Source: Campylobacteraceae bacterium
Lineage (GTDB): Bacteria > Campylobacterota > Campylobacteria > Campylobacterales > BB28
DNA length: 64,000 nt
Assembly (NCBI GenBank): GCA_016744535.1
Contig: JADGEE010000002.1
Span: forward strand, 16,674 to 80,673
Direction: 5' to 3'
Position 1 is the stretch's first letter. The number at the start of each line of letters is the position of its first letter. Below the pieces are notes generated by a model. The model was not told the DNA's origin. It worked only from the letters and a program-made list of their open reading frames with translations, and searched no databases. Shown piece by piece: positions 36,603-46,019 of the stretch. The position numbers were made by a program, and so were the translations under genes.

Positions 36603-37811
36603 ATGGTAAGTATTTATGAAGCTTTAAAAATTATTGAAAATAGTATCAAAAGTTTAAAAAGTGAAATAATCCCTATTGAAGATGCAATAAAAAAAATTTC
36701 AAGTGAGGATATGTATGCAAAATTTGATTTACCTAGATTTAATAATTCAGCAATGGACGGATATGCAGTTAAATTAATTGATAGTGATAAAGAGGTGAAA
36801 ATTTTAGACACTATTTTTGCAGGAGATAATAAAAATTTAGCTTTAAAAGATGGATTTGTTATTAAGATTATGACAGGTGCTAGAGTTCCAAATGGATGTG
36901 AAGCAATAGTTCCTCAAGAAAACACTACGACTATCAATAAAAATATAAAACTGCCTGATAATATTAAAAATTTAGCAAATATGCGTTTTAGTGGAGAAGA
37001 TGTTAAAAGTGATAAAATTATTTTAAGTATCGGCGAAAAGATAACTTCAACTAAAATAGCACTTTTAACTTCACAAGGAGTTAGTCATATTAAAGTTTAT
37101 AAAAAACCAAAAGTTGTAATATTTGCAACAGGAGAAGAGTTAAAACTTCACTTTGAAAAAATAGAAGAGCATCAAATATATAACTCAAATACTCCTTCAC
37201 TCTTTGCAAGAATTAAAGAGTTAGATTGTGAAGTTATATTTTTAGGAACTGCAAAAGATAATTTAAAAGATATAAAAGAGATGATAGCAAATTCACTTGA
37301 TGCAGATTTAATTGTCACAAGTGGAGGAATTAGTGTCGGTGATGCAGATTTTACAAAAGAGGCATTTGATAGTTTTAATTTTGAAATACTTTTTAATAAA
37401 GTAGATATAAAACCTGGAAAACCAACATTATTTGGAAAAATTGGCAAAAGTTATATTTTAAACCTTCCAGGGAATCCATTTGCAAGTGCAATAAATTTTG
37501 AGCTTTTTGGAAGAGCTATAATTTATAAATTATCAGGAGCAAAAGATTTAAATCACAATACTATTTTAGCAAAAATGAGTGAAGATTTAAAAATAAAAAA
37601 CGGTAAAAATACAGTAATTTCAGGATTTTTTGATGGTGAGTATTTTAAAGTTTCACAAAAAAGAAGCCCAGGAATGGTAAGTGCATTAAATGACGCAAAC
37701 TCATTTATAGTTACTAAAAAAGATACTGAATTTATTCAAAAAGATAAGATAATTAAAATAATCCCAATTAGTTGGAATTTTACAAGTGAAGAGTTTAAGG
37801 AATTTATTTAA
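36603..37811 (+). CDS. moeA: molybdopterin molybdenumtransferase MoeA
   Basis: 402 aa with PRFNNSAMDGYAV, IMTGARVP, SGGISVGDADF and NLPGNPFAS. Confidence 0.93.
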   Translation: MVSIYEALKIIENSIKSLKSEIIPIEDAIKKISSEDMYAKFDLPRFNNSAMDGYAVKLIDSDKEVKILDTIFAGDNKNLALKDGFVIKIMTGARVPNGCEAIVPQENTTTINKNIKLPDNIKNLANMRFSGEDVKSDKIILSIGEKITSTKIALLTSQGVSHIKVYKKPKVVIFATGEELKLHFEKIEEHQIYNSNTPSLFARIKELDCEVIFLGTAKDNLKDIKEMIANSLDADLIVTSGGISVGDADFTKEAFDSFNFEILFNKVDIKPGKPTLFGKIGKSYILNLPGNPFASAINFELFGRAIIYKLSGAKDLNHNTILAKMSEDLKIKNGKNTVISGFFDGEYFKVSQKRSPGMVSALNDANSFIVTKKDTEFIQKDKIIKIIPISWNFTSEEFKEFI

Positions 37812-37861
37812 CTTTTTCTGATAATTTATTGAAATATTATTAAGTATATAGAGGATATATT

Positions 37862-39229
37862 ATGTTAAAAATAGGCTTTGAAAATTTAGGTTATTTAACA
37901 GAAGGCGAAGTTGAAATAAATAATTTAACTCTTTTTTGTGGAGAAAATAACACTGGAAAAACTTATGCTTTATACTCTATTTATGGACTTTTAGATAAAG
38001 AATTTGAGTTTGAACTTGATATTGTAAAAGAACACATTAAAAATGTAAAAAATAGCGGAATTTATGAAATTGATTTAAAAGAGTGTATTAACAAAAATTT
38101 TTTTAAAATATTAAAAAAAATTGAAAATAGCTTTAAAGAACAATTGCATTTATTTTTTAGTATTGAAGATGAAATGTTTAAAAATACTAAAATACAGATT
38201 TCACTTAACAAAGATAATATATTAAAAAGAGTTTTTGAAAATGAATATGGACAAGATTTAACAATATCTAAAAATAAAAAACTTGTATTTAATATTAAAA
38301 CTCAAGAGAATAGCTATAACACAATTTTAACACTTACAGATGATAAAGTTCCAAATGAAATTTTAGAGAATAGTTTAAAAGATTTTTTGTTAAAGACAAT
38401 TTTTGAAAAACTTTTTATTAATTCATTTTTACTTCCAGCTGAGAGAACAGGACTTAATCTCTTTTATAAAGAGTTAAATAGTACTAGAAATGCACTTTTT
38501 AATCATATACAAAAAAGTTCTATTAATCCACTTGAAGTATTTAAAGATATGATACTTTCAAGATACCCTCAACCAATAGATGACTATATAACTTTTTTAA
38601 ATGAAACAGATAAAACAAAAAAGAATAAAAGTAAATATATAGACTTTGCAAAAGAGATTCAAAAAACTATTTTAAATGGAAAATATAGTGTAGAAAAAGA
38701 TGGAGTACATTTTATGCCATATAGAAGTAACAATACAAAGCTTAATTTACATTTAGCCTCTTCAACTGCAAAAAGCTTTTTTGGATTAGTTTTTTATCTT
38801 GAACATATTGCACAAAAGGGTAATTGTATTTTTATAGATGAACCAGAACTTAACTTACATCCTGATAATCAAAGGAAAATAGCAAGAATTTTAGCAAAAC
38901 TTTCAAATAGCGGAATAAAAGTATTAATAAGTACACATAGTGATTATATAATTAGAGAGATAAATAATTTAATTATGCTAAATGATGATTTTCCAAGTAA
39001 ACAAAAACTTTTAGAGGGTGATTTAAAAAAATGTAAATATAATAAAGATGAATTTTTAGATATAAAAAATATTTCAGCATATCTATTTCATAAAAACAGA
39101 ATTGAAAAAATGAATATTAATAGTGAAGAGGGAATTTATGCAGATACTTTTGATAAAATAGCAAATGATTTAAATCAATATGCAAATGATATTTATTATA
39201 CTAAAAAAGAGGATTTAGATAATGAATAG
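37862..39229 (+). CDS. ABC/SMC-type AAA ATPase (AAA_15/AAA_21-like), defence-system-type NTPase
   Basis: Walker A is GENNTGKT (aa 27-34). A ~250-aa helical insertion follows. LLPAERTG and a degenerate signature LASSTAKS are present. Walker B/D-loop is CIFIDEPELNLHPD and the H-loop is LISTHSD. Confidence 0.75.
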   Translation: MLKIGFENLGYLTEGEVEINNLTLFCGENNTGKTYALYSIYGLLDKEFEFELDIVKEHIKNVKNSGIYEIDLKECINKNFFKILKKIENSFKEQLHLFFSIEDEMFKNTKIQISLNKDNILKRVFENEYGQDLTISKNKKLVFNIKTQENSYNTILTLTDDKVPNEILENSLKDFLLKTIFEKLFINSFLLPAERTGLNLFYKELNSTRNALFNHIQKSSINPLEVFKDMILSRYPQPIDDYITFLNETDKTKKNKSKYIDFAKEIQKTILNGKYSVEKDGVHFMPYRSNNTKLNLHLASSTAKSFFGLVFYLEHIAQKGNCIFIDEPELNLHPDNQRKIARILAKLSNSGIKVLISTHSDYIIREINNLIMLNDDFPSKQKLLEGDLKKCKYNKDEFLDIKNISAYLFHKNRIEKMNINSEEGIYADTFDKIANDLNQYANDIYYTKKEDLDNE

Positions 39230-39737
39230 CTATGTTATTGAAGTTTTAAATCAAATAATAGATAAAAAATATATTATACCAATTAAAAAAGATTTTAATT
39301 TAAATGGAATAAGTTTTAAAATAGAAAATATAAATAAAGCTTTTGCATTTTATATTCCTAAAAATACTAATATTACAAATTTTAATTTCCCAAATTTTTC
39401 TACTCCTATAATTAAGAGTAATTTAATTATATTTTGTGAATATAAAAATCAATTTATTGTAATAATCTCAAACTTGAAGCAAAAAAAAGAGATAATATCT
39501 TATATACCTCAATTTCAATTAACAATTAGTTTTATCAATTTTTTAATCAAACTATTAAATATATGTTATTTTGAAAATAAAGAATTAAATATAAATTATG
39601 CATTAACACTATTTAATGAAAAGAATATAACTGATAAAAGAATAGGTAGTAAAAATTTTAAAAACTCTATTAAAATTAATGGTTTAAATATAAATATTTA
39701 TGATTCAAACAGACAAGTGAAATTAAATTATTTATGA
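39222..39737 (+). CDS. hypothetical protein (171 aa), partner of the ATPase
   Basis: The start overlaps the ATPase stop (ATGAATAG) and the stop overlaps the lnt ATG (ATGA 39734-39737). It is Asn/Ile/Lys-rich with no His or Trp and no recognisable nuclease, TOPRIM or HNH motif. Confidence 0.55.
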   Translation: MNSYVIEVLNQIIDKKYIIPIKKDFNLNGISFKIENINKAFAFYIPKNTNITNFNFPNFSTPIIKSNLIIFCEYKNQFIVIISNLKQKKEIISYIPQFQLTISFINFLIKLLNICYFENKELNINYALTLFNEKNITDKRIGSKNFKNSIKINGLNINIYDSNRQVKLNYL

Positions 39738-40963
39738 AAAACTTATTCAACAAAACAATTATTTTAAAATCACTCTTAATTTCAACTATATTTTCACTAT
39801 TTATATATTTAGCATATTTTAATATCGAAATTAAATTAATAAATTCTATTTTAGCTTTAAGTTCTCTCTATTTTATTTTAAAAGCAAATAAATTAGAATC
39901 TTTTTGGATAGGTTTTTTTATCGGTATTTTATGGTTTTATTGGATTAGCTTAAGCTTTAGATATTACGATTTAGCTTTTTTAATTCCTATTGTTATTTTA
40001 GGGGTTGCTTTAGTTTATGCAACTATATTTTATATATTTGGATTAATTAAAAATATTTTTTTAAAAGCTTTAATATTTTTATTTATATTTGATTTTGTCG
40101 AACCATTTAGTTTTAACTGGTTTAAACCTGAATTAATTTTTATAAATAGCTATTTTGGAATTGAAAAATGGCAATTTGGAATTATATTATTATCTATTGC
40201 ACTGTTTATCTATTTAGATAAATTAAATAAAAAATTAAAATTTATATCTCTTATTCCTCTTATTGTTTCACTTAATATTTTTTACTCTACTAAAAATTTA
40301 AATATGCCAAATTTAAAAATTTATATCTCTGAAACAAAATTAAAACAAAATGAAAAGTGGGATAGAGATAATTTAAATAAAATAGTAGATGATAATTTTA
40401 AAATTATAGATTATGCAATAGATAATGAGTATGAGTTAGTAATTTTACCTGAATCTGCTTTCCCTGTTTTTTTAAATTGTGAGCCAGTTTTAATGGATAT
40501 GTTAAAGGCTAAAAGCGCTGAAATTACAATTTTAACTGGAGCTTTAAAGTTTGAAGATGAAAACTATTATAACTCTAGTTATTTTTTCATTGATGGCAAA
40601 GTTAAAGTAGCTGATAAAGTTGTTTTAGTTCCATTTGGAGAATCAATTCCACTTCCAAAATTTTTAAGAGATATTATTACGAAAGTTATTTTTGGAGGTG
40701 CTGAAGATTATCACACTGCTAAAAAACCAACCGATTTCAATATAAAAAATATAACTTTTAGAAATGCAATCTGTTTTGAAGCTACAAGAGAAGAGATTTA
40801 TAAAAATAGTCCTAAATATATAGTTGCAATTTCAAATAATGCTTGGTTTAAACCTTCAATTGAGCCAACTTTACAAAAATTATTTATGAAATATTTTACT
40901 ATTAAAAAAGAAGTTGTAGTTTTTCATAGCTCAAATATGAGTGATAGTTTTATTTTAAATTAA
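39734..40963 (+). CDS. lnt: apolipoprotein N-acyltransferase (short epsilonproteobacterial type)
   Basis: The N-terminal half is multi-TM. The C-terminal CN-hydrolase domain has ELVILPESAFP and the catalytic region NAICFEAT. Confidence 0.8.
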   Translation: MKNLFNKTIILKSLLISTIFSLFIYLAYFNIEIKLINSILALSSLYFILKANKLESFWIGFFIGILWFYWISLSFRYYDLAFLIPIVILGVALVYATIFYIFGLIKNIFLKALIFLFIFDFVEPFSFNWFKPELIFINSYFGIEKWQFGIILLSIALFIYLDKLNKKLKFISLIPLIVSLNIFYSTKNLNMPNLKIYISETKLKQNEKWDRDNLNKIVDDNFKIIDYAIDNEYELVILPESAFPVFLNCEPVLMDMLKAKSAEITILTGALKFEDENYYNSSYFFIDGKVKVADKVVLVPFGESIPLPKFLRDIITKVIFGGAEDYHTAKKPTDFNIKNITFRNAICFEATREEIYKNSPKYIVAISNNAWFKPSIEPTLQKLFMKYFTIKKEVVVFHSSNMSDSFILN

Positions 40964-41032
40964 TCAAAATTAAATCTATTTAATGTAACTATTAGTAATA
41001 AATTATTACGAAAAGATTACAAGGAGGTTTTA

Positions 41033-42808
41033 ATGATTCAAAGATTTTTAATTGCTGGAGTAATAGTTCTTTTAATAGCACTATTTTGGGTTAGTAAAGA
41101 GGCTCAAATAGTGTTAGGTGGTGTAGCTCTGTTTTTCTTGGGAATGATGTTATTAGAAGAGGGAATGAAAAGTTTTGCTGGAGGAACTCTTGAAGTTATC
41201 TTAAAAAAAACTACAAATACAACTTCAAAAGCATTAGCCACTGGTTTTTTTACAACAGCATTAGTTCAATCAAGCTCACTTGTTTCACTAATTGCGATTA
41301 GTTTTTTAAGTGCAGGACTTATTAAATTAGCTGCTGGAATAGGGATTATATTTGGTGCAAATATCGGTACAACAGCAACAGCTTGGCTTGTATCATTTTT
41401 TGGATTAAAGCTAAAAATTTCAGCTTACGCACTTGCTATGGCTACAATTGGAATGGTTTTTAGTTTTACTAAAAGTCAAGCAGCAAAAGGGATTGGAAAT
41501 ATTTTAGTTGGATTAGCACTTCTTTTACTTGCAATTGGATTTATGAAAGAGGGATTTGAATCGATTAAAGATTCGATTGACTTATCAGTTTATGCAATTG
41601 GAGGCTTAAAAGGACTTGTAATATTTACACTAATCGGAATATTTGCAACAGTTGTAATGCAAAGCTCATCTGCAACAATGGCTCTGATTTTAACAGCATT
41701 AGCAACTGGTCAAATTACTTATGAAAATTCGTTAGCCTTAGCAATTGGTGCAAATATCGGAACAACAGTTACAGCAATTTTAGGTGCAATCACTTCAAAT
41801 GCCTCCGGTAAACGATTGGCTGTCGCACACTTAATATTTAATTTAGTAACTGGTGCAATTGCCATTATATTTATTCATCAATTAGCAAAATTAGTGGATA
41901 TTGGTTCAGAATTTTTTGGATTTACTGATTTAGCAATGAAACTTTCACTGTTTCATACTATATTTAATTTAATTGGTGTAATAGTAATGACGCCATTGAT
42001 AGGTAAAATGGTAGTGAAACTTGAAACTATGTTTGTAAAAGAGATTCAAGAAGGTAAGCCAAAATTTATTACAGATGCACTTATCAATGATGCAACATCT
42101 TCGCTTACTGCAATCAGAAGTGAGATAAATCATTTGTATGAAAATGCCTTAGAAGTATTCGCTCACGCTCTAAATTTAAATAGAGTTGATATTCGTTCAG
42201 ATAAAGAGATGAGTGAAATTGTAGAGAGTACAAAAGATAAGATGGCTATGAATATAGATGAGTTATATAGAGATAAAATTAAAGGTCTCTATGATTCAAT
42301 AATAGAGTTCTCTTCAAAGGCACAAGTTAAAATGCAAGAGGATGAGATAAAATCTATATTTGATTTAAAAGTAGCAACAAGGGATATTGTTGAAGCGATT
42401 AAAGATATGAAAAATTTAGAAGCAAACATTGATAACTATTCACTCTCTAATAATGAGTATATCAAAAAAGAGTATAATTTTATGAGAGAGACTTTAGGAA
42501 AACTTTTAAGAAAAGTTGAAAAAATTCGCACTAATCCAGCTGATGCAACACTTCTTACTAAATTTGCAATATTAAAAAAACAGATTGAAGAGAGTGATGT
42601 GTTAATGAATGGTACAGTTGATGAATTAATTAGACACGGTAAAATCAATGCTTCTATGGGAACATCACTTATGAATGACAGTGCATTTGCTTATGATATT
42701 GGACTTAAAATTGTAGAGGCAATAGAGATTTTATTTATTAGAAGTAATAAAGAGTTATCTTTAGTGTATAATGAATTAATGGAAGATACAGAAAATAAGG
42801 AGAGTTAG
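41033..42808 (+). CDS. Na+/phosphate symporter family protein (NptA-like with PhoU-like C-terminal domain)
   Basis: The Na_Pi_cotrans repeats are duplicated (QSSSLVSLI..GANIGTT and QSSSATMALIL..GANIGTT). The C-terminal tail is helical. Confidence 0.88.
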   Translation: MIQRFLIAGVIVLLIALFWVSKEAQIVLGGVALFFLGMMLLEEGMKSFAGGTLEVILKKTTNTTSKALATGFFTTALVQSSSLVSLIAISFLSAGLIKLAAGIGIIFGANIGTTATAWLVSFFGLKLKISAYALAMATIGMVFSFTKSQAAKGIGNILVGLALLLLAIGFMKEGFESIKDSIDLSVYAIGGLKGLVIFTLIGIFATVVMQSSSATMALILTALATGQITYENSLALAIGANIGTTVTAILGAITSNASGKRLAVAHLIFNLVTGAIAIIFIHQLAKLVDIGSEFFGFTDLAMKLSLFHTIFNLIGVIVMTPLIGKMVVKLETMFVKEIQEGKPKFITDALINDATSSLTAIRSEINHLYENALEVFAHALNLNRVDIRSDKEMSEIVESTKDKMAMNIDELYRDKIKGLYDSIIEFSSKAQVKMQEDEIKSIFDLKVATRDIVEAIKDMKNLEANIDNYSLSNNEYIKKEYNFMRETLGKLLRKVEKIRTNPADATLLTKFAILKKQIEESDVLMNGTVDELIRHGKINASMGTSLMNDSAFAYDIGLKIVEAIEILFIRSNKELSLVYNELMEDTENKES

Positions 42809-42810
42809 AA

Positions 42811-43041
42811 ATGAAAGGCAAAGTATTAAAGTTTATTGATAAAGTAAGAGGGCTTGTAGATGCTAAGTTAAGTAAAAAATTAAAAACCTGTGAAGCACTA
42901 GAAAAAGCATTAAAAGAGTTAAAAATAAGAGAAAAAAAGCTTAAAAAGGATAAGTCAAAAGATTCAATAGAAGAGCATACAATTATACTTAAACAGATAT
43001 ATAAAGCTAAAAAACTTATAAAAGAAAAAGATTGCGATTAG
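42811..43041 (+). CDS. hypothetical small Lys-rich coiled-coil protein
   Basis: 76-aa ORF starting 3 nt after the symporter stop. No motif. Confidence 0.4.
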   Translation: MKGKVLKFIDKVRGLVDAKLSKKLKTCEALEKALKELKIREKKLKKDKSKDSIEEHTIILKQIYKAKKLIKEKDCD

Positions 43042-43164
43042 GCAATCTCCTCTCTTAACTTCAATTAAAATTATAATAATCATAATATTTTCTATATATT
43101 TTTAATTACTTAAATTTTATAAACTTTTTGTTATAATTCTCAAACTTTAAATAACGGAGATTTT

Positions 43165-43437
43165 ATGATTTTAGATGATGATGATATTTTTGCAGGAAAT
43201 CCACAAGATAACTTTTTTGATATAGTTTATAATGCTAATAGAAATTTAGTTGAATTTGAAATAGAGAAATTAGTTGAAAAACTTTTAATTTGTGAAGAGT
43301 TACTCAAAAAAAATGGTGTAGAAGATATTGAAAAAGATGTTTTAGAATATAAATATAATAATTTAGACAAATTAGATGATTTAAAAAAAGATGAATTTAT
43401 GCACTTAACAGGGAATATAGTCTCTCAAAATGAGTAA
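43165..43437 (+). CDS. hypothetical acidic protein
   Basis: 90-aa ORF with RBS GGAG upstream. Confidence 0.45.
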   Translation: MILDDDDIFAGNPQDNFFDIVYNANRNLVEFEIEKLVEKLLICEELLKKNGVEDIEKDVLEYKYNNLDKLDDLKKDEFMHLTGNIVSQNE

Positions 43438-43825
43438 ATTTGTTTTAATTATACTTTTTTGTATAAATATATTTGCAAGTTCTCCAAATTGGGCTTCAAA
43501 AGAGATAATTAAATTAAAAAAAGATGAATATTATCAAAAAATAATAGAAGATGGAGTTAGGAAAAAAAGGCTCTATTTTAGATGGACACTTTATATGAAT
43601 GAGGGGTTAGTAACTCATTTAAATTATGATGGCTTTAATCATCAATTCATCTTATATAAACACTATGGATTAAACAGTTTTAGATTAAATTTACTACCAA
43701 AAAATCATTATGAAAGAGATCCGTCTTTTCTGTTTTTGATTTTTAAAGATATTGATATAATTGCTGGAGTTGCTACGCTTGAATTATATATAAAAACTAA
43801 AGAGGTTATGGATGAGAAGAGTTGA
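43430..43825 (+). CDS. hypothetical secreted protein
   Basis: 131 aa with signal peptide MSKFVLIILFCINIFASS. Overlaps both neighbouring genes. Confidence 0.5.
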   Translation: MSKFVLIILFCINIFASSPNWASKEIIKLKKDEYYQKIIEDGVRKKRLYFRWTLYMNEGLVTHLNYDGFNHQFILYKHYGLNSFRLNLLPKNHYERDPSFLFLIFKDIDIIAGVATLELYIKTKEVMDEKS

Positions 43826-44705
43826 AAATTCTATTTTAGATTTTGTTAAAGAAGTTGGAAATGATGAGATAATCAAAATATTTAATGAAATTTCAAAAGG
43901 CAAAATGTTAAGAAGTAAACTTATTTTAAAAGTGGCAGGTGAGAGTGAAGAAGCAATTAAATTGTCTTCAATTATAGAGATGATTCATTTAGCAAGTCTA
44001 CTTCACGACGATGTGATTGATGATGCAGATGTTAGAAGAGGACAACCATCTATAAATGCCTCTTTTGGAAATAAAATATCTATTATGTTGGGAGATATTC
44101 TCTACTCAAAAGCCTTTTTTGAGCTTTCTAAATTTAATGAAGAGATTGCCAAAGTTGTCTCAAATGCAGTTACACTTTTATCTGTGGGTGAATTTTTAGA
44201 TGTTCAATTAACTGATAATTTTAATTCAGATAGAGAGATATATTTCGATATGGTTTATAAAAAAACATCTTCACTTATTGAAGCTAGTGCAAAAGCTAGT
44301 GCAATTTTAGTAGGTAAAAATAGTGACAAATTTGGGCTTTATGGTAAAAATTTAGGAATTGCTTTTCAAATAGTTGATGATATTTTAGATATCACTCAAA
44401 GTAGTGAAAAATTGGGTAAACCTGCAATGAGTGATTTTAAAGAGGGTAAAACTACACTTCCATATATTCTTCTTTATGAGAAATTAGAAGATGATGATAA
44501 AGGAGAGTTAGAAACTCTATTTAAAAAAAATTTAAATGAGTATGAAATTAATTGGCTAAAAGATAAATTTGAATTAACTGGATCTATAAATGAAGCTTTT
44601 GGAATTGCTATAAGTTTAGCTCACGAAGGAATGGAAGCAGTTAAAAATGAGGATGCAGATGAGTTAATTTCTATTATGAAAAGTATGATTGAGAGGGAGT
44701 TTTAA
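43812..44705 (+). CDS. polyprenyl diphosphate synthase (trans-IPPS, long-chain type)
   Basis: First DDxxD motif LLHDDVIDDADVRRG and second motif FQIVDDILD. Confidence 0.88.
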   Translation: MRRVENSILDFVKEVGNDEIIKIFNEISKGKMLRSKLILKVAGESEEAIKLSSIIEMIHLASLLHDDVIDDADVRRGQPSINASFGNKISIMLGDILYSKAFFELSKFNEEIAKVVSNAVTLLSVGEFLDVQLTDNFNSDREIYFDMVYKKTSSLIEASAKASAILVGKNSDKFGLYGKNLGIAFQIVDDILDITQSSEKLGKPAMSDFKEGKTTLPYILLYEKLEDDDKGELETLFKKNLNEYEINWLKDKFELTGSINEAFGIAISLAHEGMEAVKNEDADELISIMKSMIEREF

Positions 44706-46012
44706 TGCACTATCTACTCATTAGTTTTTCACATAAAAATACAGATATTAAAACAAGAGAAAAATTAGCTTTTAATTCAAATGAGAAACTTGAAAACTTT
44801 TTAAATAAATTAATAAATTATAAGAGTATAAATGAAGCAATAGTTTTATCAACTTGCAATAGAGTAGAAATTATTTTAAGTACAAAAGAGGTTTTTAATA
44901 CAACAGAATTTGTTATAACAGAACTTTCATATTACTCTAAAATTTCTAAAGATGAACTAGAGGGAAGAGCTGATATTTTTGAAGATACAGGAGCAATTCA
45001 TCATCTATTTTCGGTTTCAAGTTCTCTTGATAGTTTAGTAGTAGGTGAAACTCAAATTTCAGGACAGCTAAAGGATGCTTTTAATTTCTCTTATGAGCGA
45101 AAATATTGCTCTCAAAAACTCTCTCGTGCAATGCACTACGCTTTTAAATGTGCTGCTAGTGTTAGAAATTCAACTGATATCTCTAAAAATCCTGTTTCTG
45201 TCGCAAGTTCAGCCGTTGCAAAAGCTAAAGATGTTTTAGGTGGTGAACTTGGTGGATATACAGGCTTAGTTGTTGGAGCTGGTGAAATGAGCCAACTTAC
45301 AGCTAAACATTTAATAAATAGTGGCTGTAATGTAATATTTATAAATAGAGATTTAAAAAAAGCCCAAGAAATTGCAAATGAGTTAGGCTCTTTAGTTTCA
45401 GTTGAGCCAATTTCAAAATTAAAAGAGTTAATAAATAGATATAGATTACTTTTTAGTGCAACAGGGGCTCCTCACACTGTAATTTATCAAGATATGGTCG
45501 AAGAGAAAAGCTTTAAGCGACACTGGTTTGATATAGCAGTTCCTATGGATATTGACGATATTAATGGCTTTGACATTGATATATATAAAGTTGATGATTT
45601 ACAAGATATTGTAAATAAAAATTTAGCTCTAAGAGAAGAACAAGCTAGACTTGCTTACTCAATTGTAGGAAGATTTTCGGCTGAATTTTTTAAGTGGCTT
45701 CAAACTTTAGCAGTCGATCCAATTATCAAAGAACTTAGAGAACAAGCTAAAAATAGTTCTCAAGAATCATTAAATAAAGCTATTAAAAAAGGTTACATTG
45801 ACGAGTCTCAAAGAGAGGCAGTAACAAAAATATTACACTCTAGTTTTAATAAATTTTTACACTCTCCTACAATAAAATTAAAAAATATTTCAGAAGAACC
45901 AATAGCTGATTCAATCGTAGAAGCTGTTAAGTTTATATTCGATATCGATGCAGAATATAAGATGTTAGATAGTTACAAATGTGAGTATGCAAAAGGCGAA
46001 AAGGAAAATTAA
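44705..46012 (+). CDS. hemA: glutamyl-tRNA reductase
   Basis: LSTCNRVEI with the catalytic Cys, GETQISGQLK and the NADPH fold VVGAGEMS. Confidence 0.95.
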   Translation: MHYLLISFSHKNTDIKTREKLAFNSNEKLENFLNKLINYKSINEAIVLSTCNRVEIILSTKEVFNTTEFVITELSYYSKISKDELEGRADIFEDTGAIHHLFSVSSSLDSLVVGETQISGQLKDAFNFSYERKYCSQKLSRAMHYAFKCAASVRNSTDISKNPVSVASSAVAKAKDVLGGELGGYTGLVVGAGEMSQLTAKHLINSGCNVIFINRDLKKAQEIANELGSLVSVEPISKLKELINRYRLLFSATGAPHTVIYQDMVEEKSFKRHWFDIAVPMDIDDINGFDIDIYKVDDLQDIVNKNLALREEQARLAYSIVGRFSAEFFKWLQTLAVDPIIKELREQAKNSSQESLNKAIKKGYIDESQREAVTKILHSSFNKFLHSPTIKLKNISEEPIADSIVEAVKFIFDIDAEYKMLDSYKCEYAKGEKEN

Positions 46013-46019
46013 CAAAGTT

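Noticed and set aside
43029-43046. Small hairpin GATTGC-gattag-GCAATC after the 76-aa ORF as a terminator. A similar imperfect hairpin lies near 56597-56640 after the PPC-domain gene.
   Set aside because: The stems are only 5-6 bp or imperfect, and no clean T-run follows. They are not distinguishable from chance in this composition, so they were not listed as features.
45981-46019. Upstream start (45981) for the P-type ATPase given by the ORF track
   Set aside because: It would overlap hemA by 32 nt and add a Lys-rich 13-aa extension. ATG 46020 follows the hemA stop and directly precedes the conserved CxxC metal-binding N-terminus.
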